From contig JBQTJP010000205.1 of assembly GCA_052386995.1 (NCBI GenBank), positions 1 through 15,286 of the forward strand: a stretch of 15,286 nucleotides of DNA. The letters are read 5' to 3'. Source of the DNA: Armatimonadota bacterium (lineage in GTDB: Bacteria > Sysuimicrobiota > Sysuimicrobiia > Sysuimicrobiales > Humicultoraceae). The first letter of the stretch is position 1. Each line of letters starts with the position of its first letter. Under the pieces are notes generated by a model. It searched no databases. It saw only the letters and a program-made list of their open reading frames with translations, and was not told where the DNA came from. The position numbers and the translations under genes are program-made. Of the stretch, positions 8,317 through 15,286 are shown piece after piece.

Positions 8317-8388
8317 CGTCTTCCCGAAGGGAACGCACAGCCATGCGCCCAACACTACTGGAGATGTGGGGGCCGTCGCGCCGACGCC

Positions 8389-8418
8389 TTGACACACCGT
8401 ACATACGTTCGCTATAGT
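8389..8418 (+). promoter_or_regulatory. Sigma70-type promoter of dnaB with a LexA-like box in the spacer
   Basis: TTGACA (8389-8394), an 18-bp spacer, then TATAGT (8413-8418). The spacer contains CGTAC-ATAC-GTTCG (8398-8411). Confidence 0.75.
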
Positions 8419-8451
8419 TGACCAACCAGACCACCGAACTGGAGTTCGCCA

Positions 8452-10815
8452 ATGCCCGACGGCCCCCCAGTTGAGCGCGTTCCTCCGCACAGTCTGGAGG
8501 CCGAGCAGAGCATCCTGGGCTCGATCCTGCTGGAGCGAGACGCCATCGCGCGGGTCGTGGAGATGGTGCGACCCGAAGACTTCTATCGTGAAGCCCATCG
8601 CCGCATCTTTGAAGTCGTCGCCGAGCTCTTTGATCGCGGGGAGCCGGCCGACTTGGTCAGCGTCACCGATCGGCTGCGCGCCAAAGGACTGCTCGACGAT
8701 GTAGGCGGCGCCGCCTACATCACATCGCTCCTCCACGCCGTCCCAACCGCGGCCAACGTCGAGTACTATGCCCGACTGGTCGTGAACAAGTCGATGCTGC
8801 GACAAATGATCGGGGCCGGGACACAGATCGTCACGTATGGATTCCGCGAGGATCAAGACGTCGAGCTGCTCGTCGATCAGGCCGAAAAGCTGGTTTTCGG
8901 CATCGCCAACCGGCGCATGGGCCAGCACTTCCTTCCCATCGCCGAGGTCCTGCGAGAGAGCTTTGAGCGGATCGATCGCCGGTACAAGGATAAAGGCACC
9001 ATCACGGGCGTCCCGACCGGTTTTGCCGAACTCGACAAACTGACCTCAGGCCTGCAGCCGTCCGACCTGGTGATCGTCGCGGCGCGGCCGTCGATGGGAA
9101 AGTGCTTGAAGTTCGATGCCGAAGTTGTCGATGCGTCCACGGGAGCCGTGCGCACGATTCAGGAGATGGTGGCGGCTCAGCGGTCAATGCTGCTGAGCCT
9201 CAACGGCGACCACCGGTTCCGCCCCACCGCGCCGAGTCTCTTCGTCGACGACGGCATCAAGCCGGTCTTCCGGGTGACGACCGGCGGCGGCCGCCAGGTC
9301 GAGACGACGCTCACGCATCCGTTTCTGACGCCGTCGGGGTGGGAGCCGCTTGCCGCGCTGGCCCCGGGGACCCTCATCGCGGTGCCGCGCCGTCTGCCGG
9401 TGTACGGGCGCGGCGATCTCCCCGATCACGAAGTCAAGTTGCTGGCCTACTTGATCAGCGGACGCCTCCCGGCCAGTCCGCAGATCGCGGAAGACTTTGC
9501 AGACGCGGCCGCGGCGGCCGAAGCGATTATCGCCGGTACCACGGGTCGGGTCGCGGCCGCCGGGGCGGGATCGACACCGACGGGCATCGGCGGGGGGGCC
9601 GAAGGGGGCGCGGCGATCGCCAGCCTGCTCTGGCGCTATCCCGAGCTGGGAGTGCCACCGGCGGCCCGCGCGTTGCCGCCGTGCGTCTACACGCTGCGCC
9701 GCGAGAAGCTGGCACTGTTCCTGAACCGGCTGCTCGGAAGCATCGCAGAGGTTACGGAGCATCCCGACGGCTGTCGCGTCCAGGTCCTCTGTTCGTCACA
9801 GCCGCTGGCGCGCGGCGTGCAGCACCTGCTCCTGCGGTTTGGCGCCCCGTCGGCGCGCGCCGGTGCCACGCTGACGCTCGGCGTGGGCGCGGCGCTCGCG
9901 GTGTTCCGCGAAACCGGCATCTTCGGCTGGGAGCGTCTGCGCCGGTGGGCGCGCAACGCGCAGCGCTCGCTGCTGGACGAGGTCGACGTGATGTGGGAAG
10001 AGATCACCACCATCGAGGAGATCGGCGCCTTTCAAGTCTACGATCTCACCGTGCCGGAGACCCACAACTTCGTCGCCAACGATATCTGCGTCCACAACAC
10101 GACCTTCGCGCTGAACATTGCGCAGCACGCCGCCGTGCAGCACAAGATCCCTGTGGCGATCTTCAGCCTGGAAACAAACAAAGAGCAGCTCGTGCAGCGC
10201 ATGTTGTGCAGCGAAGCCCAGGTCGATTCGTCGCGTCTGCGGAGCGGCTACCTGACCGACGCCGACTGGCCGCGTCTGGCCATGGCGATGGGACAGCTGA
10301 GCGAGGCGCCGATCTTCATCGATGATTCGGCCACGATCTCGGGCATCGAGATGCGTGCGAAAGCGCGCAAGCTGCAGGCCGAGCATGGGCTGGGGCTGAT
10401 CATCATCGACTATCTCCAGATGATTCAGTCGTACAAGCGGGCCGAGAACCGGACGCAAGAAGTCTCCGAGATCGCGCGGTCGACGAAGTCCCTGGCCAAA
10501 GAGCTCGACATCCCCGTGATTGCGATCTCGCAGCTCTCGCGCGTCGTGGAGACGACGGGCAGCCGGCGTCCACTGTTGTCACATTTGAGAGAGAGCGGAG
10601 AACTCGAGCAAGTCGCCGATCTGGTGCTCTTCATCTATCGCGAGGAGTACTACGATGCGGCCAAGGCGAGGGCCGAGGACAAGGAGCACACCGCCGAGAT
10701 CCGCGTGGCCAAGCACCGTAACGGCCCCGTGGGTGACATCGAAATGTTCTTCCACAAAGAACACGGCCGGTTTCGCGACCTCGACCGCCGGCACGCCAGC
10801 GCCGCCGGATCGTAG
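8452..10815 (+). CDS. dnaB: Replicative DNA helicase DnaB precursor containing an intein (787 aa precursor, 455 aa after splicing)
   Basis: PPHSLEAEQSILGSIL, DFYREAHRRIF, ITGVPTGF, AARPSMGK|TTFALN, IFSLE, IIIDYLQ, SQLSR, LRESGELEQ.AD and KHRNGP motifs. Confidence 0.97.
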   Translation: MPDGPPVERVPPHSLEAEQSILGSILLERDAIARVVEMVRPEDFYREAHRRIFEVVAELFDRGEPADLVSVTDRLRAKGLLDDVGGAAYITSLLHAVPTAANVEYYARLVVNKSMLRQMIGAGTQIVTYGFREDQDVELLVDQAEKLVFGIANRRMGQHFLPIAEVLRESFERIDRRYKDKGTITGVPTGFAELDKLTSGLQPSDLVIVAARPSMGKCLKFDAEVVDASTGAVRTIQEMVAAQRSMLLSLNGDHRFRPTAPSLFVDDGIKPVFRVTTGGGRQVETTLTHPFLTPSGWEPLAALAPGTLIAVPRRLPVYGRGDLPDHEVKLLAYLISGRLPASPQIAEDFADAAAAAEAIIAGTTGRVAAAGAGSTPTGIGGGAEGGAAIASLLWRYPELGVPPAARALPPCVYTLRREKLALFLNRLLGSIAEVTEHPDGCRVQVLCSSQPLARGVQHLLLRFGAPSARAGATLTLGVGAALAVFRETGIFGWERLRRWARNAQRSLLDEVDVMWEEITTIEEIGAFQVYDLTVPETHNFVANDICVHNTTFALNIAQHAAVQHKIPVAIFSLETNKEQLVQRMLCSEAQVDSSRLRSGYLTDADWPRLAMAMGQLSEAPIFIDDSATISGIEMRAKARKLQAEHGLGLIIIDYLQMIQSYKRAENRTQEVSEIARSTKSLAKELDIPVIAISQLSRVVETTGSRRPLLSHLRESGELEQVADLVLFIYREEYYDAAKARAEDKEHTAEIRVAKHRNGPVGDIEMFFHKEHGRFRDLDRRHASAAGS
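9103..10098 (+). mobile_element. Class 1 intein (332 aa) in the DnaB Walker A motif, with a degenerate LAGLIDADG homing endonuclease
   Basis: Begins with Cys (CLKFDAEV, TGC at 9103), has block B TLTH and block F/G VYDLTVPETHNFVANDICVHN ending His-Asn at 10098, followed by a +1 Thr. Removing it restores RPSMGKTTFAL. Confidence 0.95.
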
Positions 10816-10854
10816 TACACTAGGGCCAGATCGTCAGCCGGGGGAGAGGACAAC

Positions 10855-11997
10855 ATGGCGTCGCAGTCGGGCCGCGTACAGGCCCACGAGGGCCTTGAAG
10901 GCGTTGTCGCCGGCACCTCTGCGATCTGCTTCGTCGATGGTACCAAGGGGCGTCTCATCTATCGCGGGTACGATGCCGATATCCTGGCCCAGGAGTCCAC
11001 GTTCGAAGAGGTCGCCTACCTGCTCTGGCACGGAAATCTCCCTACCAAGTCCGCGTTGGAGAGCCTCAAAACCGAGCTGATCCGTGGGGGCACGCTGCCC
11101 GCGCCCGTCATCGACATCATCAAGCGGATCCCCAAAGAGGCGCAGCCCATGGCTGTGCTGCGCACCGGCGTCTCCGCGCTCGGGCATTTCGATCCCGAGG
11201 CCGCCGACAACACCCCGGCCGCCAATGCCCGAAAGGCCGTGCGCCTGACCGCTCAGATTCCCGCGCTCGTCGGAGCGTTCCACCGCCTGCGTACCGGCGG
11301 TCAGCCGCTTGCGCCGCAGGCCGCGCTCAGCCACGCGGCCAACTATCTGTATCTGCTGCACGGCACCCCGCCCGATCCCGAGGTGGCCCGCGCGCTGGAC
11401 ATGGTGCTGATCCTGCACGCCGACCACGAGTTCAACGCCAGCACCTTCTCCGCGCGCGTGTCGGCTGCCACGCTCACCGATCTTCACTCGGCGATTACGT
11501 CGGCCATTGGCACGCTGAAGGGCCCGCTCCACGGAGGAGCCAACGAAGACGTCATGCGGCTGCTGCAGAGCATCGGCAGCGTGGATCGGGTCGAGCCGGT
11601 CATCACGGAGATGCTGGAGGCGAAGAAGAAGGTCCCGGGGTTTGGGCACCGCGTCTACCGCACGGAGGACCCGCGCGCGCGCTTTCTGCGTCCGATGTCC
11701 AAACGGCTCGGCGAGCGGGCCGGAGACTCCCTGTGGTCCCAGCTGACGCGCAAGGTGGAAGAGGTCGTAACCGCGCAGCGCAAGATCTTCGCCAACGTCG
11801 ATCTCTACTCGTCGTCCGTCTACCGGGCGATGGCCATCCCCATGGACCTCTACACCGCGACATTCGCGGTCAGCCGGATTGCGGGCTGGACCGCGCATGT
11901 GCTCGAGCAGTACAGCGACAATCGCCTGATCCGGCCGCTGTCCGAGTACGTGGGCGCGATGGACCGGACCTACGTGCCGCTCAGCAAGCGCGGCTAG
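10855..11997 (+). CDS. gltA: Citrate synthase, short CitZ/PrpC-like type (2-methylcitrate synthase activity not excluded)
   Basis: GLEGVVAG, LIYRGY, LHADHEFNASTF, GPLHGGANE, GFGHRVY...DPRA, NVDLYS, SRIAGW.AH and RLIRP motifs; SD-like GGAGAGGA upstream. Confidence 0.92.
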   Translation: MASQSGRVQAHEGLEGVVAGTSAICFVDGTKGRLIYRGYDADILAQESTFEEVAYLLWHGNLPTKSALESLKTELIRGGTLPAPVIDIIKRIPKEAQPMAVLRTGVSALGHFDPEAADNTPAANARKAVRLTAQIPALVGAFHRLRTGGQPLAPQAALSHAANYLYLLHGTPPDPEVARALDMVLILHADHEFNASTFSARVSAATLTDLHSAITSAIGTLKGPLHGGANEDVMRLLQSIGSVDRVEPVITEMLEAKKKVPGFGHRVYRTEDPRARFLRPMSKRLGERAGDSLWSQLTRKVEEVVTAQRKIFANVDLYSSSVYRAMAIPMDLYTATFAVSRIAGWTAHVLEQYSDNRLIRPLSEYVGAMDRTYVPLSKRG

Positions 11998-12002
11998 ACA
12001 CC

Positions 12003-12048
12003 CCCCCGCGGCGCTGGACGCTCGGCCCCCGCGGCGCTGGACGCTCGG
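12003..12048. repeat. Perfect 2 x 23-bp tandem repeat between convergent genes
   Basis: CCCCCGCGGCGCTGGACGCTCGG at 12003-12025 and again at 12026-12048. Confidence 0.9.
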
Positions 12049-12072
12049 CTAAGGCGCAGGTCATCCCCTCTG

Positions 12073-12858
12073 TCAGGTCAGCAAGAACTCCCGCAGGGCT
12101 CTGTTGAACGCCTCGGGTGCCTCCAGGTTCGACAGATGGCCGGCCTGGGGGATCGTGACCAGCCGGCCCGCTCGTACGTCTGCGACGATCTCCGTGGCCG
12201 CCTCCGGCGGCGTCAACGAATCCTCTTCCCCGACGATCACGAGCGTGGGCACCGTGATCGATGCGAGTAGCGGCCGGCTGTCGGGTCGCGCCGCCATCGC
12301 GGCGAGGGCGGCGATCAGACTCGGTGCGGGCGGTTTACCGGCGATCTGCCGTACGGCATCCAGGACTGCGGGCCGCTCCATCTTCGTCGTCGGTCCCACC
12401 AGCCTGGCCGTGAACTCTTCCAGGAATCCGTTTGGGCCTTCGGTCTGAATGCGCTTGATAGCCGCATGGCGGGCCTGGCGCGCCTCCTCAGAGTCCGGTC
12501 CCGCGCGCGAATCCGCGATGATCAGCGAGTGAATCCGGCCCGCCGCACTGGCCACCACGCGAAAGGCGGCGTAGGCGCCCATCGATATTCCGGCCAGGGC
12601 TACGCGGTCCATTTCAAGTCTATCGAGCAAGGCCACGACATCCCCCGCATAGGTGTCCATCGTGAGGTCGTTCATGGGACCCCGTGCTTCACCGAAGCCC
12701 CGCAGGTCCGGTGCGATCACCGTGAACCGGTCACGCAGCGCCTCTATCTGAGGGCGCCACATGGTCCGGTTGAGCGGAAACCCGTGGATCAAGATGACAG
12801 GCCGGCCCTGCCCTTCTCTCTCGTAGGCCAGCGTCACGCCATTGACCTCGATCTTCAT
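12073..12858 (-). CDS. Alpha/beta fold hydrolase (PcaD/MhpC-like)
   Basis: HGFP oxyanion motif, PDLRGFG, nucleophile elbow GISMG, acid residue in GEEDSLTP, and catalytic His in AGHLSNLE. Confidence 0.92.
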   Translation of the reverse strand: MKIEVNGVTLAYEREGQGRPVILIHGFPLNRTMWRPQIEALRDRFTVIAPDLRGFGEARGPMNDLTMDTYAGDVVALLDRLEMDRVALAGISMGAYAAFRVVASAAGRIHSLIIADSRAGPDSEEARQARHAAIKRIQTEGPNGFLEEFTARLVGPTTKMERPAVLDAVRQIAGKPPAPSLIAALAAMAARPDSRPLLASITVPTLVIVGEEDSLTPPEAATEIVADVRAGRLVTIPQAGHLSNLEAPEAFNRALREFLLT

Positions 12859-12931
12859 GACAGGGGATCCCTCCGCAGTCGCTCGCCCGCGGTCGCTCGC
12901 GCTGATCCAGTGTCCGTATCATACCGCGGAC

Positions 12932-12962
12932 CCCGCTCGACACCTTCCGTGCGCCGTTGGTC
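12932..12962 (+). promoter_or_regulatory. Candidate LytTR-family binding site (imperfect direct repeat)
   Basis: CCCGCTCGAC (12932-12941) and GCCGTTGGTC (12953-12962) are 21 bp apart start to start. Both resemble the AlgR-type site ACCGTTCGTC and lie upstream of a module encoding a LytTR regulator. Confidence 0.45.
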
Positions 12963-13046
12963 ATCGAATTGGCTCCTGCGGGATTGGGGATGGGGCGTGC
13001 CTGTACTCCCGTCGTGCATGCTGTCGACGCGACGGGAGGGAGCGCC

Positions 13047-13814
13047 GTGGAGCAACAGGTTCCGAAAGCAGCCCACCACACGCCTCGGGTCACGGATTAT
13101 TTACCGCTCGTCGGAACGATCGCCAGGGCGCTCAGCCGCGGACTGCCGCCGAGCGTGGAACTGGACGAGCTCATCAACGACGGCGTGATCGGGCTCATCG
13201 AGGCGGCGAGGCGGTACGACCCGACGCGCGGCGTGGGGTTCTCGACATACGCCGGTCACCGGATTCGCGGCGCGATGCTCGACGGACTGCGTGTCCGCGA
13301 CCCGCTACCGCGTCGCATCCGGCGGGCGCATAAGGCCGAACAGGCCGACCCCCGCAACCAGACCGCGGGGCGCGGCATCCAGTTCCACGAGCTCGACGAC
13401 GCCCTGATGATACCCGACGATGAAGCCTGCGAGCCCGAGGCCCGAATCCTTGAAGAAGAGCTGCTGCACGATCTGCACTGCGGGCTGCTGGAGCTGCCGC
13501 CGCGCGACCGCCAGGTCCTGCTGCTGCGGATGGTGCGCGGGATGACGCTGCGCGCGGTTGCGATGCAGCTCGAATTGTCGATCACCCGGATCGCGGAGAT
13601 CCAGACACGAGGAATCGTGCGCCTGCGCCGCTTCCTGGCGGGTGAGCCGATGATCCGCCCGCGCCGGCGCGCACGCGGGTGCTCCGCACCCCTGCCTCGG
13701 CGGGAGATCGTGCCGCGGCGGCTACAGGAGGAGGGCGCGGCGAAGGTCCCGAACGGTCCAGTTACATCCCCGGTCGCGTCACCTGGACACCTGCAGGCGG
13801 TCGGCGTCCCGTGA
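13047..13814 (+). CDS. FliA/WhiG-like sigma-70 family sigma factor, atypical (region 3 largely missing, basic C-terminal tail)
   Basis: GTG 13047 follows SD GGGAGGG. Region 2 reads YLPLVGTIA...LPPSVELDELINDGVIGLIEAARRYDPTRGVGFSTYAGHRIRGAMLDGLR..DPLPR. Region 4 reads LPPRDRQVLLL...MTLRAVA..LELSITRIAEIQTRGI.RLR. Confidence 0.88.
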   Translation: MEQQVPKAAHHTPRVTDYLPLVGTIARALSRGLPPSVELDELINDGVIGLIEAARRYDPTRGVGFSTYAGHRIRGAMLDGLRVRDPLPRRIRRAHKAEQADPRNQTAGRGIQFHELDDALMIPDDEACEPEARILEEELLHDLHCGLLELPPRDRQVLLLRMVRGMTLRAVAMQLELSITRIAEIQTRGIVRLRRFLAGEPMIRPRRRARGCSAPLPRREIVPRRLQEEGAAKVPNGPVTSPVASPGHLQAVGVP

Positions 13815-13912
13815 TCTCGCGGACGGGGGGCCCCCGATCCGGACCGTGAATCCATGCTGTCAGCACCGGCGCGGGCGATCTCCGCCGGATGCTGCTGAGC
13901 GGAGGCCGCTGC

Positions 13913-14566
13913 ATGAAGGGCAGAGTCCCGCGTCGCGGAGCGGTCCACTTGCTGCGCGCTCTTCCGACGCTGCACACGGGCGCCCAGCTCCACACCCTTG
14001 CCAACACGCTGAGCGCCGCCGGGGCGCTGCTGCAGCGCCGCCCGGGAGCGGCAGAAGACCTCTTGGCGCACCTTGCCGGGTACCTCCGCGACCTCTTGAG
14101 GCTCACGCGGCCACTCGTGTCATTGGCCGACGAATTGCGTCTGGCACTGACTTTCATCGGTGTGGAACGAGCGCGGATGGGCAGCCGTCTCCGCCTCGAG
14201 ATCACCTGCACGCCCGAGTCGCTGGCGACCATGGTCCCGCCGCTCGTGCTTCAGCCGCTGGTAGAGAACGCCGTGTGGCACGGCATCGCCCGCCGGCCGA
14301 TGGGAGGGCGCATCCGTATCCTGGGGCGAACAGCCGCCGGAGTCCTTCACCTGGCCGTCACAGATGACGGACCCGGCATGCGCCGCAAAGCCGCAGGCGG
14401 TCGACCGACTGGCTGGGGGCTGACCGGCGTACGGCTGCGTCTCGCGGCACTGTGGGGACCTGCCGCGCGCCTGCGGATTCTTTCCGGTCCAGATACGGGG
14501 ACCATTGCGGCCATCAGTCTGCCGTCGGTGGCGCCTCCGGTGCCCCGGTCTCGTACCGGCATATGA
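13913..14566 (+). CDS. Cytoplasmic LytS/YehU-type histidine kinase core lacking a sensor domain
   Basis: ATG 13913 follows GGAGG (13901-13905). Degenerate H-box AQLHTLANTL, then LAGYLR, VSLADEL...ERARMGSRL, N-box VPPLVLQPLVENAVWHG, G1 VTDDGPG and G2 TGWGLTGVRLRL. Confidence 0.88.
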   Translation: MKGRVPRRGAVHLLRALPTLHTGAQLHTLANTLSAAGALLQRRPGAAEDLLAHLAGYLRDLLRLTRPLVSLADELRLALTFIGVERARMGSRLRLEITCTPESLATMVPPLVLQPLVENAVWHGIARRPMGGRIRILGRTAAGVLHLAVTDDGPGMRRKAAGGRPTGWGLTGVRLRLAALWGPAARLRILSGPDTGTIAAISLPSVAPPVPRSRTGI

Positions 14567-15286
14567 CCCGGCCAGCCTTCCTCAGCGCCGCGATTGCCGA
14601 TGACGAGCCCGCCGCGCGCTGGCACCTCCGCGGGTTGCTGGAGGCGTGCCGCGTTCACACTGTCGCCGCGTGCGCGACAGGACACGACGCCCTCGCGGCG
14701 ATCGTCAACAGCCGGCCGGACATGGTCTGCCTGGACATCCGCATGCCGGACGGCGACGGGATCGAAGTCGCCCGGGCTCTGGACACGCGCGCGCGACCGG
14801 CAGTCGTGTTCACGACCGGCTATGTGGAGTACGCGCCGGTGGCATTCGACCTCGACGCCGCGGACTATCTGCTGAAGCCGCTGACCCTTGCGCGGGTGAC
14901 GGAGGCTATCCGGCGCGTGCGGTTGCGACTTCGCCACGCGGAACGCGCTGCTACGGCGGCGGCCGAGTCGACCGTGGCGACCGACACCCCGTTGCGCATT
15001 TTTGTTCCTGCCGGCGACCATCATCAGGCGCTCGCTCCCGAGGCCATTCGGTTCATCGAGGCCCGGGGCGGCGTCTGCGTCCTCCACGCGGATGATCGGT
15101 CGTACCCCGTCCGCATCCCGCTCGCCAGACTCGAGCGCGCACTCGCCGCGTGTGGCTTTCTGCGGACGCATCGCGCGTATCTGGTCAACCTCAGACGCGT
15201 GCGCGCGCTTGTCACCTGGTCGCGTCACGCGCACACCCTGCTCCTCGATGCCGGGAAGGAGACGCACGTGCCCGTCGCCAAATCCC
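14563..15286 (+). CDS. LytR/AlgR family response regulator (REC + LytTR), 3'-truncated by the window edge
   Basis: Not in the ORF track because it has no stop in the window; translated by hand from ATG 14563 (ATGA overlap with the kinase stop). It reads MTRPAFLSAAIADDEPAAR...PDMVCLDIRMPDGDGIEVA...VVFTTGY...AADYLLKP...IRFIEA...GFLRTHRAYLVNLRRV...HVPVAKS. Confidence 0.93.
   Translation, partial: MTRPAFLSAAIADDEPAARWHLRGLLEACRVHTVAACATGHDALAAIVNSRPDMVCLDIRMPDGDGIEVARALDTRARPAVVFTTGYVEYAPVAFDLDAADYLLKPLTLARVTEAIRRVRLRLRHAERAATAAAESTVATDTPLRIFVPAGDHHQALAPEAIRFIEARGGVCVLHADDRSYPVRIPLARLERALAACGFLRTHRAYLVNLRRVRALVTWSRHAHTLLLDAGKETHVPVAKS

Noticed and set aside
8177..8451. Calling the rplI-dnaB gap oriC
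   Set aside because: Only one perfect DnaA box, no evident AT-rich unwinding element and no dnaA/dnaN in the window; reported as a DnaA-box cluster instead.
12878..12900. GTCGCTCGC repeated twice upstream of the hydrolase
   Set aside because: A short GC-rich 9-mer with a 14-bp period that fits no motif I recognise; plausibly chance.
12957..13046. Longer TTG start for the sigma factor
   Set aside because: It has no SD and overlaps the candidate regulatory repeat, whereas GTG 13047 has a good SD.
1..15286. CRISPR arrays, tRNA/rRNA genes, transposases, c-di-GMP riboswitch
   Set aside because: No spaced repeat array, cloverleaf, transposase motif or GEMM consensus was recognised by eye.

Overview
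This is a GC-rich bacterial chromosomal window, mostly on the + strand. Gene order: a 5'-truncated membrane-anchored multi-GAF diguanylate cyclase, ychF, a lytic transglycosylase, the conserved rpsF-ssb-rpsR-yybS(DUF2232)-rplI-dnaB cluster (no gdpP), citrate synthase, a convergent alpha/beta hydrolase, and a divergent three-gene regulatory module. That module comprises a FliA/WhiG-like sigma factor apparently missing most of region 3, a LytS-type histidine kinase with no sensor domain, and a LytTR response regulator that runs off the window end and is absent from the ORF track. DnaB carries a 332-aa intein in its Walker A motif with a decayed LAGLIDADG endonuclease. The dnaB upstream region has a DnaA-box cluster and a near-consensus sigma70 promoter whose spacer holds a LexA-like box. 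The rpsF leader looks like an expanded S6:S18 autoregulatory RNA. The best candidate for an undescribed system is the sigma/kinase/LytTR module, which has a LytTR-type direct repeat upstream. All family assignments come from motif recognition by eye; no database searches were run.
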